From Amphiscolops sp. MND2022 (Eukaryota): 64,000 nt of DNA. The stretch spans positions 60,204,001 to 60,268,000 of the forward strand of contig OZ076409.1 in NCBI GenBank assembly GCA_964187785.1, given 5' to 3'. Below the pieces are notes generated by a model. That model did no database searches, was not told where the DNA came from, and saw only the letters and a list, made by a program, of their open reading frames with translations. The translations under genes were made by a program, and so were the position numbers. How positions within the stretch are numbered: the first letter of the stretch is position 1; each line of letters starts with the position of its first letter. Shown here piece after piece: positions 37,525 to 49,400 of this stretch.

Positions 37525-38460
37525 AGCGTTCGTGGTCTAGTGGTAAGATGCTTGCCTTTCAACCCAGAGGGTTCGTGTTCGAACCCGTGAGTATGTGCTA
37601 AATTTTTTACCGAAGCAAAAAGGTTCGCACTTTTTCGGCACTATGAGACTCCTCCCTTTTTTCGGCTTTGGGGCTTTTTTCCAAAAATTTTTAATGTCCT
37701 CAAAGGGTCCTCCCTTCAGTTTGTTTTGATATTTTGCAACAGAACGAATGTTGATAAATCCCAAAGGGTCCCTTCTTTCAGGTTTTTCGGCACTATGAGA
37801 CTGTTAAAAATTCTCATTTTTTTCGAAAATTTTTCAAAGACTCCAATGGGTTCCCCTTCAATTTTTTTTGAAATTTTGCAACAGAATGCTTGTTAAAAAA
37901 TCTCAAAGGGCCCCCTTTTACAGTTTTCGGCATTTTGAGAAATTCCAAAATGAATAATTTTTGTCTTAAATTTAGGTTTTCTGAGGCCCAGCACGCTATA
38001 TCCGAATTTTGTTCTTTTTTATTTAAAGACCGGCGTTTTTTCTATGCTACGTTTTTCTAATTTGTTTTCACCGAAGCCCCCCCTCAATTTTTACCTAAAA
38101 TGAAACGTTTTGCGAGCATAAAGAACTGCTCAAGGTTTTCGGCACTATGCAACTTACCGCAGACCTTCTTCAAAAAAATTTTCAAAAAATTTCGAAATTT
38201 TATCCATATTTTTCTGTTTTTATTTTTAAAATGTTTCCGGTTGAGAGAGAAGTCTTTTTGCTGTTCCCAGTTGGGGAAGAATGGTTTTCGAGATTTATGC
38301 GTATCCCTTCGGGTATTTTTTGGCGCTGAAAAATTGATGAATTTTCAACAAGGTCATTTTACACTTGGTTCTCCGTATGATTTTGCTCATTTGGTTTTCT
38401 TCAAAGTTCGCAACCTTCTGCGCAAGTGTTTGCGAAGCACGGCTTCGCCTCTGTGTAAAA
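37525..38460 (+). repeat. Composite repeat: tRNA-like head, aagggtccc tandem units and terminal GCGAAGCACGGCTTCGC hairpin
   Basis: A box TGGTCTAGTGG and B box GTTCGAACC at ~37529-37590. The same terminal hairpin plus ctctgtgtaaa occurs at 13552-13580. Confidence 0.6.
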
Positions 38461-38477
38461 GTTGTTATGTTTTCCCC

Positions 38478-40319
38478 TGTAAAAAATCCAATTCGGAGGC
38501 TTGAAAGGGGTCTCACCTCCAATTGGGTGCTTTACAGAAAAAGGGTTGTTTTGGTGAGTTAGCTAATTCTTTTGTAGTTACTGACAATTTCTTTCTCCGG
38601 TTGCTGCTTCATCGGAACGCGACTATCAACTCAGGTGAAACCAAATTGCAAACTTGCAATTGAATGTGAAGATGAGAGCTATTATATCCAGTCAAAACAA
38701 ATCACAAAATACAATACCCAATAAAAATTTACGACCACAATCGAACTCGTGATGCAGCAAGTACGCTGAGCACAATTGAATATTGTTGAAGATCCAACTT
38801 CAACCAAATCACCAGTCCAGGACTTGTCGGCAAATCTGATATGAGCCAGCGACAACACAATCTTCTAATCAAATATCTTGTCTCCGCGAGACTCAACTTG
38901 CTTCTAGCTCTCTACCTCGGTTGTACCTATTCAATTCCCCTTCTATTTTGCCTCAATTTTGTTCGTTCATGGCACGCGTTACTGGTGGTTACGTGTCACT
39001 TTCAATTATACTTGGCATTTACTTTATTGGGCGTCGACATCTGAATTGTGCATGCTTTTAACACAAAACTTACCTATTATGTTATATTTTTTTATTATTT
39101 ACCTACCCCGTTATGGCATGTCGACGCAACAAAGTATTTTTCGCTAAACATTCTTTGCTGCAGAACTGTCCGAGGTCCACACTCCATGATAATTCAAGTC
39201 ACCCGAAATGTTTTTAATGTCAAGAGAATCGCACAATGACCTTCAAATGCGTGGTTTACATATTTTCAACACGTGAAGGAAACTTTTCTGTCCTTATGCG
39301 TGCACTTCGCACCGAATGTTCTCGGTTAACTGAAATGCATAATATTTTGCGGAATGACTTTGAGGTTCATCCGTGACCTTGAAGGTATTTGTGCTTGTCC
39401 AAAGTTCTTGCATGCCAAGTTATATGGTTATAAGGTCGAAGGGTCCGGAGTTATGTGATAAGCGTATGGTTTGTTTACTTGAAGCTGTTACCCCGGATCG
39501 GTCACAAACACAGATTCGTTCACGATAGTAATCGACTACACTCGTTTTTGCGGTTCGTTTGAGTTATTACAAGGCAAGGTCAAATGTCCTTTTTCTACCG
39601 GGTCGGCCCGTCCGATCCTGCGTGCTTTAAACAAACAATACTCTGTGCCACATGGACCGATGAACTTCTTTCATGTATGTACCTTAGGGTTGGTAGGTGA
39701 ACATCTTAGGTCTTTTTCATGATTCTCGGGTGTACTGGTGACGATTTACATAAGATTCGGAGTTTGTTTACAGAGGAGTGACCGTGCTCATCCTCTCTGT
39801 GTCGTAATATTCCGAAAATACACGTAACAGCTTAATATCCGATGGTTCATCAATTCCATATATAACATGGCTTATTCGTGCTTCGCAGACGTGTCTCTAT
39901 GGGCTTCGACCTACGTCACTTCAGGTGCTAATAGCGCAGAACTGGGGCGTGTCGTCTCGGTTCCGTTTTTATTAACAAGTAGCATGACAGCTCAGGTGTA
40001 CTTTTACTAAATTTCAGGTCTTTACGGATGATAGTCTTTGAGAAAACAATAGTATTTGAAAATAGGCTTTTGAGGTTTTAAAGATTGTTCCCCTTCGGTT
40101 TCCGTAAAATTGGCGATTGTTTTTTGTAAGTGAGTGGCGAAAAGTATCGTCTATTGAGTAAACACAAAGTTTGTCAAATAGGCCTTACCTACAACCTGCC
40201 TTTTCAGCTTTTACTCATTCGGCAAGTCTAGAAACGTCAAGAAAGTTTTGTCTATCGTCTGGGTTCCGCGCAAAAACAATAGGATTTTTATAGGAACGCC
40301 AAAATCTAAAAATTCCACA
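38478..40319 (-). mobile_element. Solo LTR, diverged member of the same family as 58058-59981
   Basis: The reverse complement starts TGTGGAATTTTTAGATTTTGGCG (cf. TGTAGAAATTTTAGTTTTTGGCG) and ends ...TTTTTACA. Shared internal blocks include gcaccggaagtgac(c)taggtcga, gacatttgaccttg and gttaaaagcatgca. No clear TSD. Confidence 0.82.
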
Positions 40320-40903
40320 TGACTCTTATCTTCGAATAACCGGTAAAGTAAAACGTCGACTGTCACTTACCGTAAAGCTGCCCACAGAAAAACAGCTGTG
40401 TTGTTCCCTGAACAATGTAAAGTACTGAATGAAATACAAAAGCTTGATCGAACACGCGAAGCCACCGAAATTACAGGCCATCTACCGTGTTTTAGTAGAC
40501 TAATATAGTAGACAACCGCAATTGCCTATATGCTTATCTAATTTATGGTACATTCTAGATGCATATTACTTATGGCTTTGTTAAAGGAAGCCTGAGAACG
40601 CTCAATGGAAATTTACAAACCAATTAAGACACCCGAGAGTCGTGGTCAAAAACACTAACCCAGCATTAGAAAAAATTAGAAAAAACTATTACCACACACA
40701 AGAAGCATGGATACAAGGGTTCAAGGCCCACTCTAGACTAAACGTTTTTAAAACTCGCAAAAGTCGAGGGAAGATCAAGCTCTCCCTTTTTGGTTCTTCA
40801 GCACAGTGTGACTTATTTTCATTTTTGCTACGGAAGATCATCCCTCAATTTTGCTCTATTTGGGCCATTCCCTCCTTGTTTTCTCCAAGCCTAAGGGCTT
40901 CTA

Positions 40904-41426
40904 CTTAGTCGACGCTTTTTTGTTTTAAAAAGTGCCAAAGATTTACAGTGGCATTTTCAATATTTTTTGAGATGACAATTTCCATCCTGAAAGATGCACT
41001 TTTTGCACTCTTTTAGCCTAAAAATTAAGCTATACTAACAAGTGATAAAAAGTCCTCCCTTCAAATTTTCCTACTTTACATCATACCTGTATATGACACC
41101 TTTACATCACATAGGAGACATAAAAAAATACCAAGGGTCTCCTTTTGGGTTTTTTTGGCATTTGAAATGAAAAAACTTCTTTTAGTCCAATTTTCCTCCA
41201 GTTTTTGGCCATTTGCGTGCAACTTTCTAGAAAAAATTCTTCCTATCATTTTTTCGATGTCAAAATAATCGTTTCTCGAGGTCACAGGGTGCCTGTTCCA
41301 ATTTTTTTTGGATCTCTGAATTCAATTAGTATTTGCTGAAAAGCCACGCTTAGCATATTTATGAAACGTTGCGCTTTCCGAGCGAGCCAGAGGAGGGGCG
41401 TCGACTTGAGATATTCTCGTTTTGTT
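40904..41426 (+). mobile_element. HINE family A copy, diverged
   Basis: subTIRs AGTCGACGC / GCGTCGACT; 3' stem gagatattctc followed by a T-run. Confidence 0.6.
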
Positions 41427-42708
41427 ACATCCTGCACTGGGCGATGTTGTTTCGTTTCTAAGATCTACAATATTTTTTCCACATTTTTGAGTGTTTTAAA
41501 TGTTTGAAGTTAAGGACCCGTCCAATATTTTTTTGTGAATTAATTGAGGCTGCAAGGTGTCTGATCGTTTGTACAAGCGTATTAGCAGGGTATACGAAAT
41601 ATATAACAAGGTTGATGCAGCGGTTGTGCCAATATAGCTTTAGTTTGATGTGCCACTTTTTCATTGCCAGATTTTTTTGCATCCGAAACTGACGCAGTCA
41701 ACTCTCAAGTCAATAATTCCAATCGACGACCTTGAGTTTTTCTCAAATTGGCGCGACACAGCCGTAGGCTGTGAGCTCAGAACTTATCCTTGGTTTCCAT
41801 CGTTTTTATGTCCTGCTTTTTACATGACAGCTCAAATGGAAATTCATCAAAGCGCTTGGCTGTGTCTTGTTAGTTTTTAACATATTCATCGAAACAATTG
41901 ATTTTCTAAACATAGGGATTAATCTCCTCCATATGGTTTTTGCTTGTTACGTAATATTTTTGTGTAACTGACTGGCACAAGACTGATTATTCCTTCAATG
42001 GCAAAAACGCACCAATATATAAGTACTCGCTCAGTTCTGTATTTTTTCCAAGACTAATCCGACAATTGCAACAAAAAGAAATATTATGACAAAATAATTC
42101 CCACTTCTATATTTTCCAGACTGACTGCGTACATAAAAATACAATTGAGAACATAAAAATATACCATATTACATGACAAACTTTAAAAAAGCTTCGATGC
42201 TAGATAACAAGTGTTGAGTTCGATAAAACATGACCATGCGCAAATTAAGCTCATCTCAGTGGAATCAAACTTTCTTGCAGTGATGTCAGAAACCACGACG
42301 AAGTTATCTGCGTCATTTTTAAACAGGCCTTGTGAACGACAGAAGCCAATTATGGTTAAAGGTTTCATCAAAATTTATAACTCTTGCTTATTAAACTTAC
42401 TGCTCGTTCAACTCAGAACACTTGAGTAGAATTGATCACAAAGCGAATTTTTATCGTCACATTTGTTTGAAAACATGTCTCGCCAGAAATTCCGAAACCC
42501 ATCTTCTTGACTGTGTTTTATTACGTAACAAGGAACCGTGTGCATATACGTACATTTAAAGCTGCTACCTGATTATGCAATCCTCAATCCTTATTCATCG
42601 TTTTGATTCAATACCCTTCGAAAGCGTTCGTCCTATTACTTTTTAACGAAATTAGGGAACTTTAGATTGTAAATCTCCCCCATTTTCTGTACAAAATATC
42701 TTTTCAAA

Positions 42709-43438
42709 ATGTTACACAACCAATATTGCCGCCAGAGCTTCAATTTCTGCCAGATTTTGAGCAAAATTACTGCCTTAACTAGCTTTATTATTTTATTTTT
42801 AGTTTTTATATTACCAACTTCCAGAGTTAACTCATCCGAAATTGGTTACTCCATTTATGAAAACGATGGACCCACGACAGTTGTTGCGAATCTTGCCGAA
42901 GATAACAATTGGGATGGAATTGACAGTGTTTATGAAAGTTTTGCAAAAAGTACCAAATGTTACAATTTGAGTAGTGCTGTCGAGATATCTGAGGTGGACT
43001 ATTGGCTGAAAACTTCGGGGCCCCTAGATCGCGAAAAGTGCGAAGTTTACGAAGCTCTGGTTGTTGCAGCTACCAATGTCTGGACTATCCAGTTAAAGGT
43101 TTTGGACGTAAATGACAATGAACCCAGTTTCGATCAACCAAATTGCTTTCTGGAACTGGATGAAAATTTGGGCTCTGAAAACCAGATTGATCTTAGCGAA
43201 CGATGCACACCCAAAACATTTCTGGCCAGAGACAATGATGGACCTGAATTCCGGATCCAGAGCTTTTCAATCGTTTCTGGTAATGAAGCCGGTTTGTTCG
43301 GCATTGAGAAAAACGAGAAAGGAAATCCTCAAACTCCTCAACCCGATTTGACTCTTACTCGACAGATAAGTTTAGACGATGCATCCGAAGATGGAATTAT
43401 TATGTTGACAATCGAGGCTTCTGATGAAGAGAATAAAG
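42709..43438 (+). CDS. DCHS: Dachsous exon: signal peptide, EC1 and most of EC2
   Basis: Hydrophobic signal FIILFLVFILP, LDREK, LDVNDNEPSF; donor GT at 43439. Confidence 0.9.
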
Positions 43439-46400
43439 GTTTGAAAATTTAAAAATTGGCTTCCATTTTTGTACCGAATGGTTTTAGATTGACAGTTCTC
43501 ACTACCAAGTAGAAATACCAAGGGTTTGAATTAGCTGTGGGTTTCGTTTCTGAAGAACGATCTTATTGTATGTCTAGTGCTGAAATTTTTGCTGTTTCTT
43601 GATGAAACTGTGGTGTTAAAAAACATTGAAAAACTTTGGCAGTGAAGTTTTGAATATCAGCGAAAACTTTGGGAAACTAACTTTCCAAAGCCTGAATAAT
43701 TTAAAAATTTCTCAAGCTCTCAAACGTTTGGCATCAGTTTTTTGCTCCTCAAAGGTCTATTAACCTCGATAGTACACTGAGAAGTAGAAAATTGACAACA
43801 ATTTCGCAAAAGTTTTTTTTCTCAGCTTCATTTCTCCACTAATATTAGCCGCAGCTAAAATCGGTTTTCTGCTCCTGAAAGTCTTCAAGTAAGCTTTCAA
43901 ATGCGCACACTAGTTTGGCTGGAAATTGGCGCCGCATGTTGGTGTGAGAGCACCACACCGGGCTTTTCAAATGGGGTCAAACTCATAACTGAATCTTCAT
44001 TGAAAAACCTTCTATATGCGTTTTCAATGGTGGCCTGCTGTGTTATTAGAATGGGACAGTAACTTAACAACCAGTAGCTCAGTTATTGAGAAAAGGCTAT
44101 ATTCCTGAACTGTAAAATTTTGCAAATTTTCACTTTTTTCCAGTGACTTTTTTGCGGTGACTCAAAAGAGAGCACAAAAATTGTGCACATAAGAGCATAA
44201 GAGAGATTAAAAGCGTGGTGTTGAAACTTTCGGTCTTTGGTGTATACGAGGTATTTTCAACAGTTATTTTACTTGATATGGGTATATTTGTTTTCCTCAT
44301 TTAACCTGCCCCAAAAACTGTCGTCACGAATATTTTGAAACTTTGGATAAAACTAGCGTTAACTAGTAATTACTAACTTCTGATTGCATTTCTAATTTCG
44401 GCGCAACTCATAGTGCCACTGCGTAGCCCTTGTATTTGAACCATAAGTTTGCGGACTAGATGCAAAATTGAAATATGAAACTTAGAAATTTAGCAAACAA
44501 TGAAACAGATCAAGGCATTCATCAATAGTTATCGGAAGATGTTAAGTGATCGCTGAAACGTTCCTAATCATTGTATCTGTTTGCATTTTCAGTGTTCACT
44601 GAATCAAGCTGGTAGTTGTACTCAAACTTGACAAGTATAGTTAGAGAGAACCTGTACTGACACTACACTGGACTTAAGTCCTTGCCAGGACAACTCAAGA
44701 TTTCCAAGTCGTTGACAGGATAACTCGAGGATTCCAAGTGCTATCAAAGATTTTTCTGTTTTCGATAAAATCGCAAGTCCCTTCCAGCCTTTGTCCAGTC
44801 CTTAGCAGTCCTTGAGAAAATTCGATAAGAAAATCGAAGTTGCATATAGAGGGCGGCCATATTAGATTTGTGTAGTAAAAGCTAGTTGCTAGTACTTTCT
44901 ATCACTTTGAAGAGTATTTTGTATCAAATTTGCCCCAAGCGAACTAGGGTATGGTCAGAATAACTCTTCGATACTATTCTAATGTGTCTCGGTTCATTAG
45001 TACCGAAAATATTAAAAGAAAAATCGGCTTTTCCTTTCTCCCCGCATCTTATTGTAAGAGACATCCAACATTGTTTTTGTGCTAAATAATTTCATTTAAT
45101 ATTGTGAATGGGGCTTTTTCAAGGCCCTGCTTGTTGGTAGCCATGCTAGTGTCGACTGTTTCTCAATTGGCCAGCCGACTGTAGAAACGGATATTTTCGT
45201 GGTCGTTATATTTTTATCTGACCATAGACTATTTTCACAATTTTTGCAATTTGACATACTGACAGAGTCGTTTTCCGGCACCCAATAATAACTATTTTGA
45301 CTTAATCTAGCACCTATTTGGCCCTCATAAACCCTTATCGGTTTTGAGTTGTTCCGTGTTCCAGGATTCCCCAGGCAAGGATTGGTCCAGGACTTGTAAG
45401 GCTAAAACTGTAACAGGTAAGGACTGGTACAGAACTTGAAAAGCCCTTGCTGGTCCTTGGGAATTCTTGGCAGTCCTGGAATTCAAATTTTTGTCAGTAC
45501 GGGAACATCCAAAAGCAAGTTTGGCAATAATTTGTTTCTGTGTAGCCTTTTCCACGGACAAAACACCCAAGTTTTTTTATCCCATGCTGGTTACTCCATC
45601 GTTTGTATATTCAAACTCAGTTTTTAAAGCACTATAAAATCATCTTTAAAAATTTCCGTTGTCCGAATTGATATGCTCACAAAAATGTTTGAAAACAGCC
45701 GAAAAACAGTGACTAATTTACAAAACACGTTCAACACTTAGAGGCTTTTTTGTGTAAAATGGCCTCATCAGCTTCCTATAAGACTTTCAGATTCGAATAT
45801 GAACACTATTTAGGGCCAATTTGGATTGAAAACATTCAAAGGCTGCACTAAAATGGCATAAACCTATCAAAACTTTCTTACAATTTGGAAAAATGTTTCT
45901 CAAAACAAACTTCAAATTCATTTGTAAGCAAATATGCTCATGAGTAGTAGCTTACTGCTTCGTCTTTTAACCCTAACCCACGCAGCGTCGCCATATGGCA
46001 ACATAACTTTTTTTTCAAATTCTAATCCGTTTTGCCAGTAGCCCAAAGTCTCTAGCACAGTTTTTTCTCGAAAAATTCCTTGGTACCTAGATTGGTTTGA
46101 ATGGCACAAACATTAGGAAAAATGAATATGTCCCCAAAATTGAGAAAAATGACTTTTTTGCACAAAATTGGTCCTCTTTTTCCTAAATTTCCGTTTTCGG
46201 CGAAATCCAGTTTTCTCAAAAAAATCTGACCCATAATAAAACCCAACTCCATACACTTGCACAACCAACTCCTATGCAAAAGATCCCAATAATATTCTGT
46301 TGTTACTACAAGCCCCCGGAAAAAGAAACTAAAATTCTGAAAGAGGGGGCGCGCGGCGACAGGGGCTCACCTGACCAAAATGAAAGCCCAATACCAGAGC

Positions 46401-49400
46401 TTTCAAACGCGCTATAGTTCATTTCTCTGGTACCCGTAGTTGTGGAGATATTGATGATTTAAAATTTTTCATCGAATTTTTTGAAAATTTGCAAAAAAAA
46501 CTTGGGTCAAAGAGGGTTAAGTCTGTGAAGTTAATCTTTGTCAAATTTATCGAGTACGATTTTTTATATACATATAGCAAAAGAGCAATTCCGAAATTTA
46601 TGACTTTCCGAAAAGTATTTTGATTTTGAAAGTATAAAATATGGACCAACCAGTGAGATGTCTGTGATCTGAAAAACAAAATTGTCATAGGTTTTTTTAT
46701 TATTTCAAATTTGTTTCAGCGTATGCCAACATCACTATCACAATTGTGGACTTGAACGACAATGGTCCCATCTTCGACACTTCGAATCGGCAGTTCTCGG
46801 TTTTGGAGTCGGCCGAAGTGGAATCGTTCGTTGGACAGGTTCAAGCGACAGACGCCGACCGAGGAGAGAATGCAGTCATCGTCTACTCAATCGAGGACCA
46901 ATCAGAAAAGAGATTTAGTATCAACGAAGAAACAGGTTTGTGTCATTTTTAGAACCTCATTTTGGCTTTATTTACTTGAGAATTTCGTTTATCAACTTCG
47001 GAAATGTTCAGTGCAAGATTATTAGATTATTTCCTCACTTTTTCTTGATTAGTCTTCAAAAGATATTAAATATTGTAATTTTTTGAAGACTATAGTGAAA
47101 AAGATATTATCAAGAAAATGTAGATAGTTGTCTGTAGACAGTTTGAGTTTCGGAAAGTCACAATTTTTAAAGCTAAAACTCACTACTAGAGAAAAATCGT
47201 AACTAGAAACTGTTCATTTGTAAGAAAGCAAACGTTTTGCTAAGCATATGTCAGCAACCTATAACAGAACTTCCATAAGCCATTGCACCTAAACTTCCGC
47301 TGATTGTTTGTTTACAAGTAAACCCTTATACAATGTAAAAACTTGAAAACTTTTTTTCCGGAATTGTCACATGTCAATTCAAATTTGAGATGATTCCAAT
47401 TTTTGAAAATAATTCTCAAAACAAATTAATATGCTTGTTATTTTCCGCCATCACAAATTTATTTGTTTAGAGGGAGGAAAATCACCATCTGTGTTGCAAA
47501 AATTTACTCCTTGATATAATCCATTTAGTCATTAACCCTAAATGGACCGATTTCGTACCAGCTAGTTTCTACAAACTGAAGGCACTAACTGAGCGTATGA
47601 AAAAGAAAACTCCTGAATAAGATTTTCAGACAATATTGCATAGCATTGCATACATTTTCACGAACCATTGACTTGATGTCTCTGGAATCAAGAAACCAGG
47701 ACAAACATTGAATTTGAAAATAGCGTAGGTCTAAGGTTTTCCCAGTTTTCCTTTGTGGTCACTTTATCCCGCAAGTATCAAGGTTTGTTTTGAAACATGC
47801 TAATGTGCAATCAGAGACACGAGGCGTGCAAGGTTATGGCGCAACGTCAGGAGCCAAAGCGGCAATGCCGCACCGAAGCGAAAGCTGTCGCACAATAACT
47901 ATTTAGCGCCAACGCCCGCGCGAGCGGGCCTCCAGCCCAGCAGTTCAGAAATCAAAAAGAAAGCCATGATTGTCTTCTATCGAACCCGCTATAAATTTCC
48001 TGGTCCACTCATGGTTCAGTTACTTAAGTAAAGCAGTTAATTTAGTCACGGTAGCCCAGTTGGTATGGCGTCCGCCTCACAGTTAATTCGAACTTACTGA
48101 TTTCCCAGGTAGTACGTCGCCTTCGCCAGAATTTTTTGCTTGTTTGATTAGTGTAGCGGGCTTTCGAGCCTTGCTTTCCTCAGACTTTTTTTCAATACGA
48201 GTGCCGCGGAAGATATCCCAGGAGCTTAGCGGGCGTCTTGTTGTTTTATGTGGTTTGACTTTTCAATTTTGCAGCAAGGTTGACAATTGAACAGAAATGA
48301 AATATTGCATATACTTCCCTACTTGAAACTGCAGGACCTTTCTACATACTGCAGGCCTGCATGCAGGGTAACTTTTTTTGTAAAACCTAGAAAATTCAGT
48401 GAACTTCGAGTGGTAAATCATGTACAATTACACTGAATTTTCCACTTCTGCAATTAAATTTGAAAATAAATTCCAATACATTACCGACACAATCACTTTG
48501 TATTCACACTGTTTTCTCAACTACTCATCTGATTTAATCACCGCTTCTCAAATAAAACGCTGAAGATAACGCTAGTTCGTTGTTCACATTGTGAATGAAG
48601 TAAATTTGCATTAAAATGTCGGCACAATTGTTGACGTCTTAGCTGCTTTTAAAATTAGAACTGATGCATAATGAAACCTGCAAGACTTCAAGGCTTAAAA
48701 TTGCCGCCAAAACCTTGATGAATCTTTCGAGCAGTTTGATAAAAGTGAAATACAACACGGAAATATTTTCGCATGAAAGTTTCCGTAGGAGTTTTAGAAA
48801 ATCATAATAAAAGTGTACATGCAAAAAGTTCAAGTAGCTTCAACAATGGTTAACACAATTTCGCCTTGTAGAATTTTTCCTCTCGAATTATATACGATTC
48901 AATGCAGCGAAAAAATAATTTTGGAAAGTTTTAGAAGAGACTGTTAAATTGGTTGAAGCAAGTGGCAATGAGTGTGAGTTAAGAAAAAGATTTTCAGCAG
49001 AAAATTGCGTATGAGGCTTTTTAATACAAGCGGGTCTCAACCTTTAGAAGTATCTTCTACTAGCGTTTGTTTGTAAGTTGTGTAATAATGTGTATATGTT
49101 TTCATTAGATAAGTTTAATCATCTTCTTAAGAAAATGAAAATTTTTACTTTCAAAGTGGATTCTTTTTGAAATTTTTGCCTGAAACTTAGACTGAAAATA
49201 CTGGCCAAAGTCGCCTTCTGGTTTACCTGTTGTTTCTGGCGTGGCTGGGGCTGAGAAGCAGAAGTACGTTGGTTCGAATCTCACGCTGTGCAAATAATTT
49301 ATTGTTTCAGGTGATATCTATGTGAACGATGTTCTCGACCGAGAAGCCTACGAAACAGTACAATTCATAGTACGAGCAGCCAACATTGTTCCCGACAACG

